Shown here: positions 1 through 13,899 of the stretch, piece after piece
Position numbering within the stretch: the stretch's first letter is position 1
Layout of the letters: each line of letters begins with the position of its first letter
DNA from: Eledone cirrhosa
Lineage: Eukaryota
Direction: 5' to 3'
Length of the DNA stretch: 64,000 nucleotides
Assembly: GCA_964016885.1 (NCBI GenBank)
Contig: OZ024747.1
Coordinates: 86,180,001-86,244,000, forward strand
Notes under the pieces: generated by a model
Databases searched by the model: none
Seen by the model: the letters and a program-made list of their open reading frames with translations, nothing else
Told to the model about the DNA's origin: nothing
Made by a program: the position numbers and the translations under genes

Positions 1-74
<74 letters not shown>

Positions 75-80
75 AACATA

Positions 81-159
81 TTGGGTCGTCAAGTATGAAA
101 TTTGTAGAAATTTGTAGAAAAAACAGCAAATGTCTACAAATTTCATACTTGACGACCCA

Positions 160-160
<1 letters not shown>
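81..160. mobile_element. Very short Tc1/mariner-type MITE
   Basis: 28-bp perfect TIRs (TTGGGTCGTCAAGTATGAAATTTGTAGA at 81-108, reverse complement at 133-160) with TA on both sides, inside a (CA)n tract. Confidence 0.7.
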
Positions 161-203
<43 letters not shown>

Positions 204-408
204 GTATATATAAGAAAGAGACAAGTCAAATAAGTAAAGAAGGTTTGATCTTTAACCTTTGACATATATCAATACTCAGTGCCAAATAAATAGAATTCAC
301 AGAATATATAACTCTAAGACAAATGGTATTTGTCATTTTTTTCTTCTTCTTCTTCTTCTGTCTCCTCAAAACTTCAAAGAAACACAGTCACGATTAAATA
401 GTCATTAT

Positions 409-486
409 TTACTACTACTACTGCTGCTACTACTACTACTGCTGCTACTACTACTACTGCTGCTGCTGCTACTACTACTACTGCTG

Positions 487-518
<32 letters not shown>

Positions 519-540
519 ACTACTACTACTGCTGCTGCTG

Positions 541-572
<32 letters not shown>

Positions 573-645
573 ACTACTACTACTGCTGCTGCTGCTGCTA
601 CTACTACTACTACTGCTGCTACTGCTACTACTACTACTACTACTG

Positions 646-678
<33 letters not shown>

Positions 679-762
679 ATACTACTACTACTACTGCTGC
701 TACTACGACTACTACTACTACTATTGCTGCTGCTGCTGCTGCTACTACTACTACTACTACTG

Positions 763-823
<61 letters not shown>

Positions 824-882
824 AACTACTACTACTACTAATACTACTACTACTACTGCTGCTACAACTAATGCTGCTGCTG

Positions 883-915
<33 letters not shown>

Positions 916-939
916 TTAATACTACTGCTGCTGCTGCTG

Positions 940-978
<39 letters not shown>

Positions 979-1216
979 TTAATACTACTACTGCTGCTGC
1001 TGCTACTACTACTACTACTGCTGCTACTACTACTACTACTACTATTACTACTACTGCTGCTATTACTACTACTACTGCTGCTGCTTCTGCTGCTGCTACT
1101 ACTACTACTGCTGCTGAAACTACTACTACTGCTGCTACTACTACTACTACTACTACTATTACTACTACTACTACTACTACTACTATTACTACTACTACTA
1201 CTACTACTACTACTAT

Positions 1217-1248
<32 letters not shown>

Positions 1249-1323
1249 TTACTACTACTACTACTACTACTATTACTACTACTGCTGCTACTGCTTGTGC
1301 TGCTACTACTACTACTACTACTA
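409..1323. repeat. About 0.9-kb compound (CTA/CTG)n trinucleotide microsatellite
   Basis: Directly visible; explains the poly-Leu and poly-Ser ORFs at 259-1491 and 405-1364. Confidence 0.97.
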
Positions 1324-1328
1324 ATAAT

Positions 1329-1411
1329 AATTGTTTCTACTTTAGGCACAATTACCCAGTGCATTACTGGTACTTTATTTTATCGACCCCGTAAGGATGA
1401 AAGGCAAAGTC
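1329..1411 (-). mobile_element. SINE family A (tRNA-derived, Meta-domain-like core), 3' fragment
   Basis: Reverse complement of GCCTTTCATCCTTACGGGGTCGATAAAATAAAGTACCAGT, shared with many copies in the window. Confidence 0.8.
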
Positions 1412-1561
1412 TTTCTACTACTATTACTGCTACTACTATGACGACGACTACAACGCTCTTGTGGAGTATTTCGTCGCCAAAGTGGAATTAAGTCACGTGA
1501 TATTGCATCGCCATTTTAAAGTAATGCTTCGAAATCAATCTTATATTTTCGATTCCGAAGG

Positions 1562-1650
<89 letters not shown>

Positions 1651-2277
1651 CACACACACACACACACATACACACACACATATATATATATATAGTGTAG
1701 GTAGTACAGTGAAATACTGGTGTGGTACCAAAACAAGCACTCTATGCACAAGCAGAGTCTATATGTTTAAAAAAACAATGAAGTTTCGTTTACATGTGTT
1801 TAGATTTTTATTGTGTATCGACCTATTACGCGCGTTTCGCAGCGGATTAGTATAAACGTGCCCCATTCCTCTCTTGTTAGCCTATTCCAGCGCCAGAACA
1901 CCAGAAATTTATGATGATCTAGAAGGAAGCTGATGGTTCATATGGCACTAAAATTCTATTTTTCCTGTTAGTTTACATTCTCCATTATTTTTATCCACTT
2001 TTGCAATTCTCCAAAAGTTCTGCTCCATCGATCTCATTCCCGCTTTCTCTTCTCCTCTCCGCTTCTCTTCTTTCTCTCTATATCCCTCTCATTTCTTATC
2101 TCGCTTTAGAGTCTTTTTCTTCCTTTCTCTCTCGCTTTCCGTTCAATATGAGGTTGTATCTTAACCCGACTTTTTACTATGCATATTCAGCTGTTTACAG
2201 CTACCCTTCGCTTTGAGAATACTACAATTTTACGAAAATTCATATACACTCATCACTGCAAACCTTTTCAACTAATG

Positions 2278-2339
<62 letters not shown>

Positions 2340-3201
2340 ATGGTAATTACAAAAATTATGTTTACACACCAAATAATAAATAATTAATATAATAATAAAA
2401 TTGTTGGCAGATATCTGTTACACATAAAAGTTTCAAACATAAACTAGGCATATGAAACACGCGCGTGTTCAGATATTTCGTACATGTTTTGCACGTTGGG
2501 TTTATCTTGTTAGAAACATAATCAACCCTCATACTAATAACGTTGAGTTAACCTTCCTGTATTACTCTCCATTAATATGTCTTCATGAAAACGTTCACCG
2601 TTTTTCTTTTCTATATTTAATTTTCTATATTTTCTCTTCTATATTTCTGCTACGATAGGTGAGAGAATATCTTGACACACCAACTATACCCAATCTGATG
2701 AAAGCAATTAATCATTTTTACAACTTGCTGTTCGTAATTTGGAGATTATTTCAATGTTTCCAAATGTGCGTTAAGCAACACAACTGAAATATTGTTTCTA
2801 CTTATTCTAACTTCAACTCAGACATTTACCCCTCATCATTGTCATCTTTCATCGCTTCAAAAATGTGTGGTCGAACAAATATATCACATTTTTTATTTTG
2901 CTGGAAATTTACAGTGAAAGTTATTTGAAAGTCCTTCTATTTTTATTACGAGATTCTACAAAATGTTTTGATGATAGTAAAAGAACCATTCGTGGATCTA
3001 CGAGAACTGCAATAGAGTTGTTAGATCTTGGCAGAAACTGTTGAGGTTGCTCTGTTGTCCCATAATATAGCAGCAGAATTAAGTGTTACTATATTTAGAT
3101 CGACATTAACGTACCAGTTGTGCAAATGATAATCTGCCATAATTTAGAAGATATTCCAAGCATTCATGTGTTTCAGGCATCAGTACGAGGTGTCCTCTAG
3201 G

Positions 3202-3358
3202 CAGGGCCGTGCTCGTTATAGGCCCAGGTCATATATAAAATGTAGGCCTTCAAAAATGGCAAATGGGCTCAGGGCAGATGAAAATATAGGCCCTCTTAAC
3301 TGGTAATAAACCCAAATCACATATAAAATGTAGGCCACCAAACTGATAATAGACCCTG
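3202..3358. mobile_element. Possible hAT-like MITE
   Basis: CAGGG...CCCTG termini and an internally repeated ATATAAAATGTAGGCC; no clean 8-bp TSD. Confidence 0.35.
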
Positions 3359-3559
3359 CCTAGTCCCTTACAGAAACTAATTATGTTAATTTTGGCCGAT
3401 CGCGGTCGGTGTAAATATGCAAAATTGGACAAAAACTTACCCCGAATGAAACAGGGTATGTAGTGTCCCCCTATCGCTATATATAGTTACGGGTTACCCT
3501 TTGGCAAGTTATAGTACCCATTTAGCCAGCCGCGTCAGGGATACGAATAAAAGGACTCA

Positions 3560-3928
3560 ATCTTCATAAACCTGTATATTTCCTGTGGGTATACAGTAGA
3601 TTCAGCTGGCAGACAATGAAAAACTGTTGTATTAGCACGAGAGACATTGTGGCTGTTCAAATGATCATTTGTTTTGAACTTTCGGGTTTGATACGAGAAG
3701 TCGCAAAACATAACCTAACTCTCATCGCAGGAGATTTTGACGCAAAGATTGGACAAGTCAAGTTTAAAAGGTTTGGCTTTCATGACAAAATATACAGAAA
3801 AGGAGAATTATTGTTGGATCTTTTAAATGAATGTAATCTGACTGATTTAAAAGTTAAATATAGGAAAAAGAACTAGGAACGTTGCGGACATTTAAATATC
3901 TAAATGGTGCCCGAAGTCAGCTTGATCA
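3560..3928 (+). mobile_element. RTE-like LINE remnant, AP-endonuclease domain (5' part)
   Basis: Translation IAGDFDAKIG...KGELLLDLLNECNL...SQLDH matches the APE motifs GDFNAKIG and QLDHI. Confidence 0.8.
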
Positions 3929-3956
3929 TCTATATATATAAAACTGATTCATCTCT

Positions 3957-4040
<84 letters not shown>

Positions 4041-4809
4041 GCGAGAATCGCATTGCGGCTAAATGAATTCAGTATGTGTAAATCTTGCAAACAAGTGCAT
4101 GAATAGCACAAATCGAATAAGCAATCAACCGGGTAGTTTTAAAATAAACTTATGCAATTAATCTGTCAATAGAATTATTAACGGGTTAATTGTAAGACTC
4201 GTGAGATTAATACAAATATAAATTCAGCGAGAATTGCATTTTGGCTGTGTGTGTGCGAATTTGAATACCTAAAACTAGAGAATCACCCAACCGACTGTTT
4301 TCAAACTTTACACATGTAATACTTATGTTTCAGGGAGTGTTCTGAGCAAAAAAGATTTCAAATGTTCAATGCCCTAGGGACCGCATTAGGCGATTTAGCG
4401 ATCTCACTCTCTATAATTCTTAATCTTTCTCTTTTTAGATAGATACATACATATAACGTCGCGCCCTTATAATATCTGTCTGTATGTCTGGCTGTCTGCA
4501 TTACGTCACTTCCTACAATTCGCTCTGCGTCCAGAACGCGCCCTTATAATATCTGTCTGTATGTCTGGCTGTCTGCTGCCTCTGGTTATTCTGCCACCCT
4601 TGCTCAAGACAAATCTCACACACATTCCCCAAACAGTTGGTAAGTGCACACAACTTCTTCCTCGCGTTTTAAGCCACAGTGTTGCTTACTTACGTACCAC
4701 CAGACCCTTACTTCTTTGCCAGCCGTGGTTGTGGCAATACTAAGCTGAGCTAAGGCGGTTATATATTTCACAATACTTTATCCCGTGCAACGCCGGGTAC
4801 CACTGCTAG
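3929..4809 (+). mobile_element. Non-autonomous Helitron
   Basis: 5' TC, 3' hairpin CCCGTGCAACGCCGGG followed by CTAG, inserted between A and T with no TSD; removing it restores LINE codons CAG CTT GAT CA|T ATT TTT ATA (QLDHIFI). Confidence 0.85.
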
Positions 4810-5500
4810 TATTTTTATAATTTATAAACGGAAAAATAGTGCAATGAACTGTGAAGCTTATAACTCTTTCTTGCTACTAGATTCAGATCAAGGATCAGAT
4901 TATCACTAAGATGTAACAAAACTAACATGACAATGAAAATTTCCTTTGGCTGATCTGCACTAAACAGAGCTGAGAACTTCAGAGAAATTACACAGTTGAA
5001 ATTAGTAACAGATACCATGCTGTTCAAGACCAATCTCAAGACAACTCTGCCAACACAATGTATGAAAACATAATTGAAGCATATAAAAAGGCTGCAGAGC
5101 TGCGTATATCTTTGAAAGAGGGTCCCGTGAGAAAACCAAACAGTAGTAAAAAAAGGAAAGAATTAAAAAGTACCTATTCAAAACATGCTTCATCCGACTA
5201 AAAGAAACAAATAGGTTATAGTTAAAGCTAAAAGGAATCTGGAGGATGCTTATATCAAACAACAAGAAAGATACGTTAGGAAGAAAATAGAACTATTGCA
5301 TAATGCCCGCTTAAATCAAAAAGCTAAGTTTGCATGGACTTTTATCAACGAAATATCTGGAAGAAAAACTCCAACTAAGCTAAGATAAAAAACTGAAAGC
5401 CTCGAGGAAAAAGTAAAGTTGTGTAAGAACCATTTTGCTAAGTTACGTGGACAACGTCTCTTGATAGTTGAAGGGAATATACTGGGGTTGAAGATGTAAA
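4810..5500 (+). mobile_element. RTE-like LINE remnant, continuation after the Helitron
   Basis: Reading frame continuous with 3560-3928 at the junction; degenerate NCEAYNSF..LDSD (SDH-like) and downstream linker. Confidence 0.65.
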
Positions 5501-5864
5501 CACAAAAAAAAAATAGAAACAAAAGAAAATTCCCTAATGGGGCGGGGGGGGGGACTTCCAAGGGTTACTCGTGGAGAAAGCCCACAAAAGCCGCAATCAC
5601 CCTGACCGCCATGGCAAGTGAGTTCTGCCAGGTGTCTTCACTCAATCTACAGCCACACGCTCAGGGCAGGCCCATTCACTCGGGCCATTCTCGCCACTTT
5701 CATCCACGATCGTAGTGCCAGATTTGGCTGAGGGCTATGACCGCCTGAAGACATTCTACCCTCGAAGAGCTCCCTTCCCACTAGGTAAAGTAATAATAAT
5801 AATAAAATGATTTTCATTGTTGGCCAAACATCATTCTTTTATATATATATATATTTTCTTCTTT

Positions 5865-6224
<360 letters not shown>

Positions 6225-6254
6225 TGTATATATATACATATACACATATATATA

Positions 6255-6665
6255 TGGTGGCTGCCAACTCGTTTTCGAGTACGGCCACTACTTTATATCC
6301 ATGTAGGAGAACCCCTACCGATGCGCTGAACGAGTGTGACTTTTTAGTCCAGCCAGCGACTTGAAAACTCTGGTACAAACACTACACTTGTGACAATTAT
6401 TGACACATAGTGCTAGGCCCATGGTACCATGTGACGACAAGTGCAGAGAGATCTCCAGATATAAAGCAATGCCTGTGCCGTGAAGCTTTTATAGTGAGGA
6501 AGGCACTCCACAAAGCCAGTTCCACTCTCTTAACCAAGATGATATTTACCAAAAAGAAGAACAAGTCAACATCATTGGATACCATCAGGGTTGCAGATGT
6601 TATATCAGAGTTTTCCTTCTCCTAGAATTCTGCCTTGACAAAGGCTAAGGGGTCATCTCTCCCAA
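6255..6665. repeat. Unclassified interspersed repeat inside a (TA)n tract
   Basis: About 330 bp nearly identical to 30355-30683; same left boundary (GGTGGCTGCCAACTCG). Confidence 0.8.
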
Positions 6666-6819
6666 ATATATATATATATATATATATAGATATAGATATA
6701 TATATACATACATATATATACATATATATATATACATATATATATATATACATATATATATACATACGTATAATTTCCAATAGCCGAAATACGATTCTCG
6801 CTAATTTATATTTGTACAT

Positions 6820-6853
<34 letters not shown>

Positions 6854-6903
6854 CATACATATATATACATATATATAGTAATAATAATAAAATTGAAGAC
6901 TAA

Positions 6904-6958
6904 AAAGTTTCAGAAGATCCCGTTAAGGGTGAAAGCAGCGATTCTTTGCTTAAACTTT
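6904..6958 (+). ncRNA. Type I hammerhead-like fold, core variant CAGAAGA
   Basis: Stem I AAAGTTT/AAACTTT, core CAGAAGA, stem II CCC/GGG, GAAA, stem III GCA/TGC, then TT. Confidence 0.55.
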
Positions 6959-6976
6959 AATCTGTTATTTTAATAA

Positions 6977-7202
<226 letters not shown>

Positions 7203-7807
7203 ATGTATATATAAATAATGCGTACATATATTTATTATTTTTTTAATATCTCTATGTGTGTATAGATAATACGTACATATATTTATTTTTTTTATATCCA
7301 ATTGAGTTCTTAAACACGTGGTTAGAATACCTAACAGGGTTCAATGACCAGCGTGTATATTATTTTATATTTTACGATGACCTCCCCTTCCCTTTTGGGG
7401 ACAGTATGAAATTTCTTTTTGAAGGACTACTGGGCTTTCAAACTTAGGGGTTCTTCTAGCACTGAAGGAGACCATCACTGAATATTAATATCGATGTAGT
7501 TTTTTATATTGATATTGCCTGGGCATCCACTGATGAATTATAAGGGCCCACTTGTGTGTATATCTATGGATTATATACAAGTTTCTACATAACTTGGACA
7601 TTATTTTTCCCACCTTGTAGAAATCTTATAACGAAACGATCGTATGGAAAGAAAGAGGGATTTATTAAATTATGTCTCATAAAATAATACAACCAACTAT
7701 CCACGGAATACTATATAGTTAGCACCCCAAATACATAATTGGGATTATACTTAGGTATATCCTAATGTCTGTTGAGTGAGATGGAGTTGGTTAGAGTATA
7801 TATATAT

Positions 7808-8042
7808 AAATTAGAAAATAGAAGCTTTCACCGTATTTTTTTACAAAATAAATTTTAGCCTGATAGTGGGGTTTAGAACCCTCAGAGAAATGGAAAAAGA
7901 TGAGCACGTCAATACTCATCTTTTTCCATTTCTCTGAGGGTTCTAAACCCCACTATTAGGCTAAAATTTCTTTAGTAAAAAAATACGGTGAAAGCTTCTA
8001 TTTTCTAATTTCAAACTTGCTCGCTGTTTCAAAACATACTTA

Positions 8043-8045
<3 letters not shown>
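7808..8045 (-). mobile_element. SINE family C, 5'-truncated copy with inverted duplication
   Basis: Inverted repeat 7808-8011 (arms of about 97 bp); same sequence as 23425-23636 and 53291-53415; (TA)n on both sides. Confidence 0.8.
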
Positions 8046-8126
<81 letters not shown>

Positions 8127-8230
8127 AAGGATGTTTCGCCAAGCGGGAACCTAATGTAACTAAAATTGCCTCCTGTGTTTTGTTCATTTATCAACTATAT
8201 ATGTGTATATATATGTATATGTGTCTGTGT

Positions 8231-8270
<40 letters not shown>

Positions 8271-8830
8271 TAGATAGAGAGATAGAGATAGAGAGAGAGA
8301 GAGAGAGAAATGCGTATATTTGATTGTTTATTCTGTTTCAGTAGCAATCTTGTTTCAAGCTGTAATCCACGTCTGATGTTAACGTCTGCTTTTACCATTT
8401 CTCTCTGTCACTTTCGAACGATTCTCCTTAGTAGTATACATCAAATCCATCTAATGTGTTCCCAATGTAATATGACAAATTGTTTTTAAAGTATATTTTT
8501 GGCTTTTTATCTCATCCCAGCAGCTTTGGTTGCTATTACGTAAATTTATCTCCTGTTGTTCACTGTTATGTACAACGGGTAGATTATGTATTGGAATAAA
8601 CATGGCTTGTGTATGTATGTATGTATGTATGTATGTATGTATGTATGTATGTATGTATGTATGTATGTATGTATGTATGTATGTATGTATGTATGTATGT
8701 ATGTATGTATGTCTCTCTCTCTCATATATATATATATATGATCACACCAGCTTGAAGATAGTGTTTTGCATTGATATTATTGTATTATATACATCTAAAG
8801 TATATATGCGTATGGAAAGAGCAATAGAAA

Positions 8831-8882
<52 letters not shown>

Positions 8883-8950
8883 TATACGTATATATATATA
8901 TATACATATACGTATATATATATACATATACGTATATATATACATATACG

Positions 8951-8985
<35 letters not shown>

Positions 8986-9083
8986 CTATACGTATATATA
9001 TATATACATATACGTATATATATATATATACATATACGTATATATATATATATATATACGTATATATATATATATATATATAC

Positions 9084-9120
<37 letters not shown>

Positions 9121-9255
9121 CGTATATATATATATATATCTATATCTATACGTATATATATATATACATATACGTATATATACATATACGTATACATACA
9201 TATACGTATACATACATATACGTATACATACATATACGTATACATACATATACGT

Positions 9256-9302
<47 letters not shown>

Positions 9303-9770
9303 CAGACATATCATGGAAGCGCTTATTTTAGGAGAGAAACACAAGACATCTATGTGAATGTAATCATACCAACCCGGCTGGGCACTGTTTTCATTTATGT
9401 ATAAAGCTTTGCACATATAGAGCACGGTTGAAAATGTGTTTTGGACGAATCGAATTTACATAGGATGCATCTTCTGTTGATGTGTTTTAACAAAGTGTGT
9501 GCCACATTTTTCATTAGAATTTTATTTTATTACAAAGTCGAGGCTTTGTAGTCATCTAAGGCCCCACGCCAGAGACACTAGCACACCTGATATAGGTAAA
9601 TATATAGCTAAATAACTTATATAGCTAAATAACTTCCATAAGAATGTAGTTTGACTTGAAACTAACTCGTTGACTACGGATATATATAAATATAAGTAAA
9701 TATAGGAAAAGAGTCAGACTCCAACGGCTGAGCTTTGACCTTTTCGACAGCTAGATCCGAACTAAAACAT

Positions 9771-10063
<293 letters not shown>

Positions 10064-10084
10064 ATATATATATATATATATATA

Positions 10085-10199
10085 TGCATTACTGGTACTT
10101 TATTTATCGACCCCTTAAGGATGAAAGGCAACGCTAACCTCGGCCGGATTTGAACTCAGACTGCAAAGCATGGTGTCCGACACTATAATCACTCCACCA
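10085..10199 (-). mobile_element. SINE family A copy
   Basis: Same core as the other family A copies, with B box GAGTTCAAATCC on the minus strand. Confidence 0.8.
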
Positions 10200-10647
10200 A
10201 ATTTACAACAATGTATATATTCCTTTATAATAGGTTCTTTTAACATATTTATACAATATTTACACCGAAGACTGCTATTATTGATTATATCCTGCATGTT
10301 TTATACTGTCAACTAAACTGTTTCTTTCGGAAGTGTTCCCTAATTGGGTGTGAAACCAAGGGAACGGGGGTGAGACCGGGAGTGAGACAGAGGGAATAAC
10401 AATACCATCTTCTGTCTGACCAGAATGGAAAGAAACCTTGTGAGTGGGAGGTGTCAAGTGCCTGAAACAAACCCCTAGAACTAGCTTATGGTAGCAGATA
10501 ACTATACGTGTAGAGAACAATGGGTCTACATCCCTACCCCACCTCCATATATATATATATCGTATATTAAGATTAAGAACATAGCAAGCAAAAATATATA
10601 TTTAAGGAAATATATATATATTATATATATATATATTTTTTTCCTTA

Positions 10648-10734
<87 letters not shown>

Positions 10735-10804
10735 GGAGAGAGAGAGAGAGAGAGAATAAGGAAAAGCGAAGTAGTTTCAGATGTTCAAGTCCTTTAATAA
10801 TAAT

Positions 10805-10878
10805 GCTGTGATATATATTTCAATGACGACACTGGCCACACTGTTCTGTGTGCGAGTGTCGTGTCATCATCAGACAGC
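10805..10878 (-). ncRNA. Type I hammerhead ribozyme motif (repeat 1)
   Basis: GCTGT-CTGATGA-[long stem II TGAC..GACACT..AGTGTC GTCA]-TT-GAAA-TATATA-TC-ACAGC; predicted cut between 10810 and 10809. Confidence 0.75.
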
Positions 10879-12101
10879 TTGTTACATAATAAGCTTATGT
10901 TTCCGAGGCAATCCAAATTGAATCGACATGGGAACGGATGAATTGCGTGCTTTGGGGTTTTTCATCCGTTCCCTTGTGAGTACCAATTCACCCCCACCGG
11001 TCTGCGCAAGCGCATGTCCGAAGGAAGTTGACCATTAGCCACCGCAGATTTCAACGAAATTCGCTTAGTCAGTTCACCCTCTCACCCAAACAATGGCCCA
11101 CCTATGCCTGTACTATATTTTACTGCTACCCATCACGACTGTGGCAGTCAGCCGAAGGCCAGAGGGGATGGGAGAGTGTTAGTTTTGACAGGTCATAATA
11201 CTACCTCTCACTAAGCATTGACAGTACGACTGACCATCAACTCATAAGGGAAAATAAACTTAATTCTAGGTATCATGGTTTTACATTGGAAGTTAAGAGT
11301 GAGAGTTGGAAATAAAAATTAAAAATTAAAATCCTAAATCAAATATCAGAAATTATAAATTAAACAATTAAAAAATTAACAATTAGAAATTAAAATATAA
11401 AAAAATTTTTCAAGTGATAATTCGGATTGAGGTGAGTAAAAATATAAATTGAAGTGAGTAAATAATAAGTAAGAAGTTCTGAGAGGGTTCTAGTGTCACA
11501 GTTACTCTATCCACATATTGAACGACAGTGCCGTACATTATAACGGAGGGCAAACTACAGGGTTCAAGGCATTAGTTAATCTGGTACACAGCCATAATTT
11601 CCATCACGTGGAACAAAATCAAAGAAAAACAGACATAAAGTACACAAAAGAAAAGAACAGAACCAATAGTGAATAAATGCAAAAACACAGAGTACACATA
11701 TGCAAAATGATCCATATGATTGTCCATCTGTCCATGTATAGATTGAATTGAGGGGGCTTCTGTTCAAATGCGATTTGGTGCAGGAAAATAGGGGTTTATC
11801 TTATTTTTTGTTTCCGCGTATTTATCCTGCCGAAAGTTACTATTATGTCCGTCCAGTGTCAGGGGTTTCCATCCCCATGGTAGAGGGAATTTCCGGGGTA
11901 GCTCATGGTTGGTTCCTCTCTTCTCCACCATATCGGTTACATTGTAGAGCGCTCAACTAATTGGAGCTAAATTATTAGGGTAAATATTGATGCAATTCAA
12001 TTCAAGCACTCAACGTACTTTTTCCACATAGGAGTGACGGAGTAAATATCGAATAAGGAAAAGCGAAGTAGTTTCAGATGTTCAAGTCCTTTAATAATAA
12101 T

Positions 12102-12175
12102 GCTGTGATATATATTTCAATGACGACACTGGCCACACTGTTCTGTGTGCGAGTGTCGTGTCATCATCAGACAGC
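12102..12175 (-). ncRNA. Type I hammerhead ribozyme motif (repeat 2)
   Basis: Identical to 10805-10878. Confidence 0.75.
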
Positions 12176-12979
12176 TTGTTACATAATAAGGTTATGTTTC
12201 CGAGGCAATCCAAATTGAATCGACATGGGAACGTGTGTGTTAGATACGCAGTGACTAACAACAGAATGTTTTAAGTCTGCATGTCTGTGACATATATGCG
12301 TAGCTTGTGAATAAAAAATTCAAGGGGTCTCTGTGGCCGTGGTGATCCCTGCCAACCATCTTTTGTAATGTACCGTCTTATTGGCTAATTTCATCGTCTT
12401 ATTGGCTAATCAACCAATGAGAGTAATTGTTGCTCAAAAGCATCCGCCACTTTGTTTGCACGTTTATTTATCGTTTCGCTTTCGAATCTTCCTCGTTTAT
12501 CATCAAAATATTTTTTCTCGTTTTGGTAAGTTATATTGTTAATTTATATATGATTTTTTAAATTTATATTAACTATATTTTTTCAGTTCGTTATAACATG
12601 CTTATAATATTGGTTGTATCATATTTACTTGTATATTTGTCCATATTATTGTTCGTTTTATGTTAGATTATTTTATTATTATTATGTTAGATTATTTTTT
12701 TCATTATTATGTTAGACTATTTCTATGTAATATTTAGTTTTTATTAATTCAACTATAACAATTATTATGTAAAATATATTTATTTAATATTGATTGGTTT
12801 TTGTAGTTGTTTATATTAAAAGTCTGAAAATATTTTTATACATCTTACAATAATATTTATAAGATCATTTATAAAATAACAATTATATAATCTAATTACA
12901 TTACAACGATAATTTATTATTAATACATATCATGTTTAACTAGAGTTATTACAAGCGTTGCCTTAAAAAAATATTAAAC

Positions 12980-13374
12980 TGCGCAAGCTCAAAAGAGCCA
13001 CAAAATTGTGAGACTAGAGTTGTTGCTAAAAAATATTGTAAGCATTATCTATCGTACACTCTGTGGCATACTTTTATAACAAAGAGACTCATAACGAACT
13101 CAAGACGACATTATAATTATTTAAGTGAATTTATAATATAGAATTCGGTTTAAGTGCATTTCGTATTAATCATTACTAAACATCTAATATGAGATATTGA
13201 ACATTAGCTTAAATAATTATCGTGTCGTCTTGAGTTCGTTATGAGTCTCTTTTTTATAAAAGGATGCCACAGGGTGTACGATAGATAATGATTACAATAT
13301 TTTTGAGCAACAACTCTAGTCCCACACTTTTGAAGGTTTATTATAACATTCTGTGGCTCTTTTGAGCTTGCGCA
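12980..13374. repeat. Diverged inverted repeat (arms of about 145-165 bp, spacer of about 80 bp)
   Basis: TGCGCAAGCTCAAAAGAGCCACA...GAGACTCATAACGAACTCAAGACGACA mirrored at 13208-13374. Confidence 0.85.
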
Positions 13375-13394
13375 TTTTTCAGGTCTAGTATATA

Positions 13395-13430
<36 letters not shown>

Positions 13431-13899
13431 TATATATATAAATATATACATATATATAATATATATATATAATAAGGAGTTGACGGACCCACCATATTTA
13501 TCAATGCCAGGACCGGTTGTATCTCAGCGTATATATACATATAGTTTATAGATTCCATACACTGGTGGTTTTCCCTGTACATTGATAAACACACACACTC
13601 TCTCTCGTGTGTTATCTTTTCTATATATTATATTTGAAGCGCCCAGGATTCTTTTTCCTTTGAGCTCATAAATTGCAGGGACTAACGCGAGTTTATGACT
13701 CCGTTAACTTATGAGATTTATATATACAGCCTTGGATATCTCTACTAAGTTACTGCTACTATAAATATTATTGGTGATTGTCCTCGAAAATACCCACTTG
13801 ACTAATTCACCATTCCGGTCTCTGGATACTTTACACGCCGGAAAGGACGTATTCCGATTCCAGTATCCGGGTCCCAGTCTATAAAGTCTATCTATATAC

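Larger units (their letters stand above)
10754..12233 (-). mobile_element. Retrozyme-like or non-autonomous Penelope-like element with HHR-containing direct repeats
   Basis: 183-bp direct repeats at 10754-10936 and 12051-12233 (1 mismatch, period 1297), each with a minus-strand HHR; no credible internal ORF; 3' end fused to a (GA)n tract. Confidence 0.8.

Noticed and set aside
259-1491. 410-aa poly-Leu ORF and antisense poly-Ser ORF
   Set aside because: Translations of a (CTA/CTG)n microsatellite
1820-2475. GAAACGCGCGTA (minus strand, about 1826-1838) and GAAACACGCGCGTGTT (about 2454-2469) palindromic stem III-like motifs
   Set aside because: No CTGANGA core at the required position
10754-12233. 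Interpretation of the direct repeats as LTRs of an LTR retrotransposon or TRIM
   Set aside because: No TG..CA termini, PBS, PPT or TSD seen; the HHR content fits a PLE or retrozyme better
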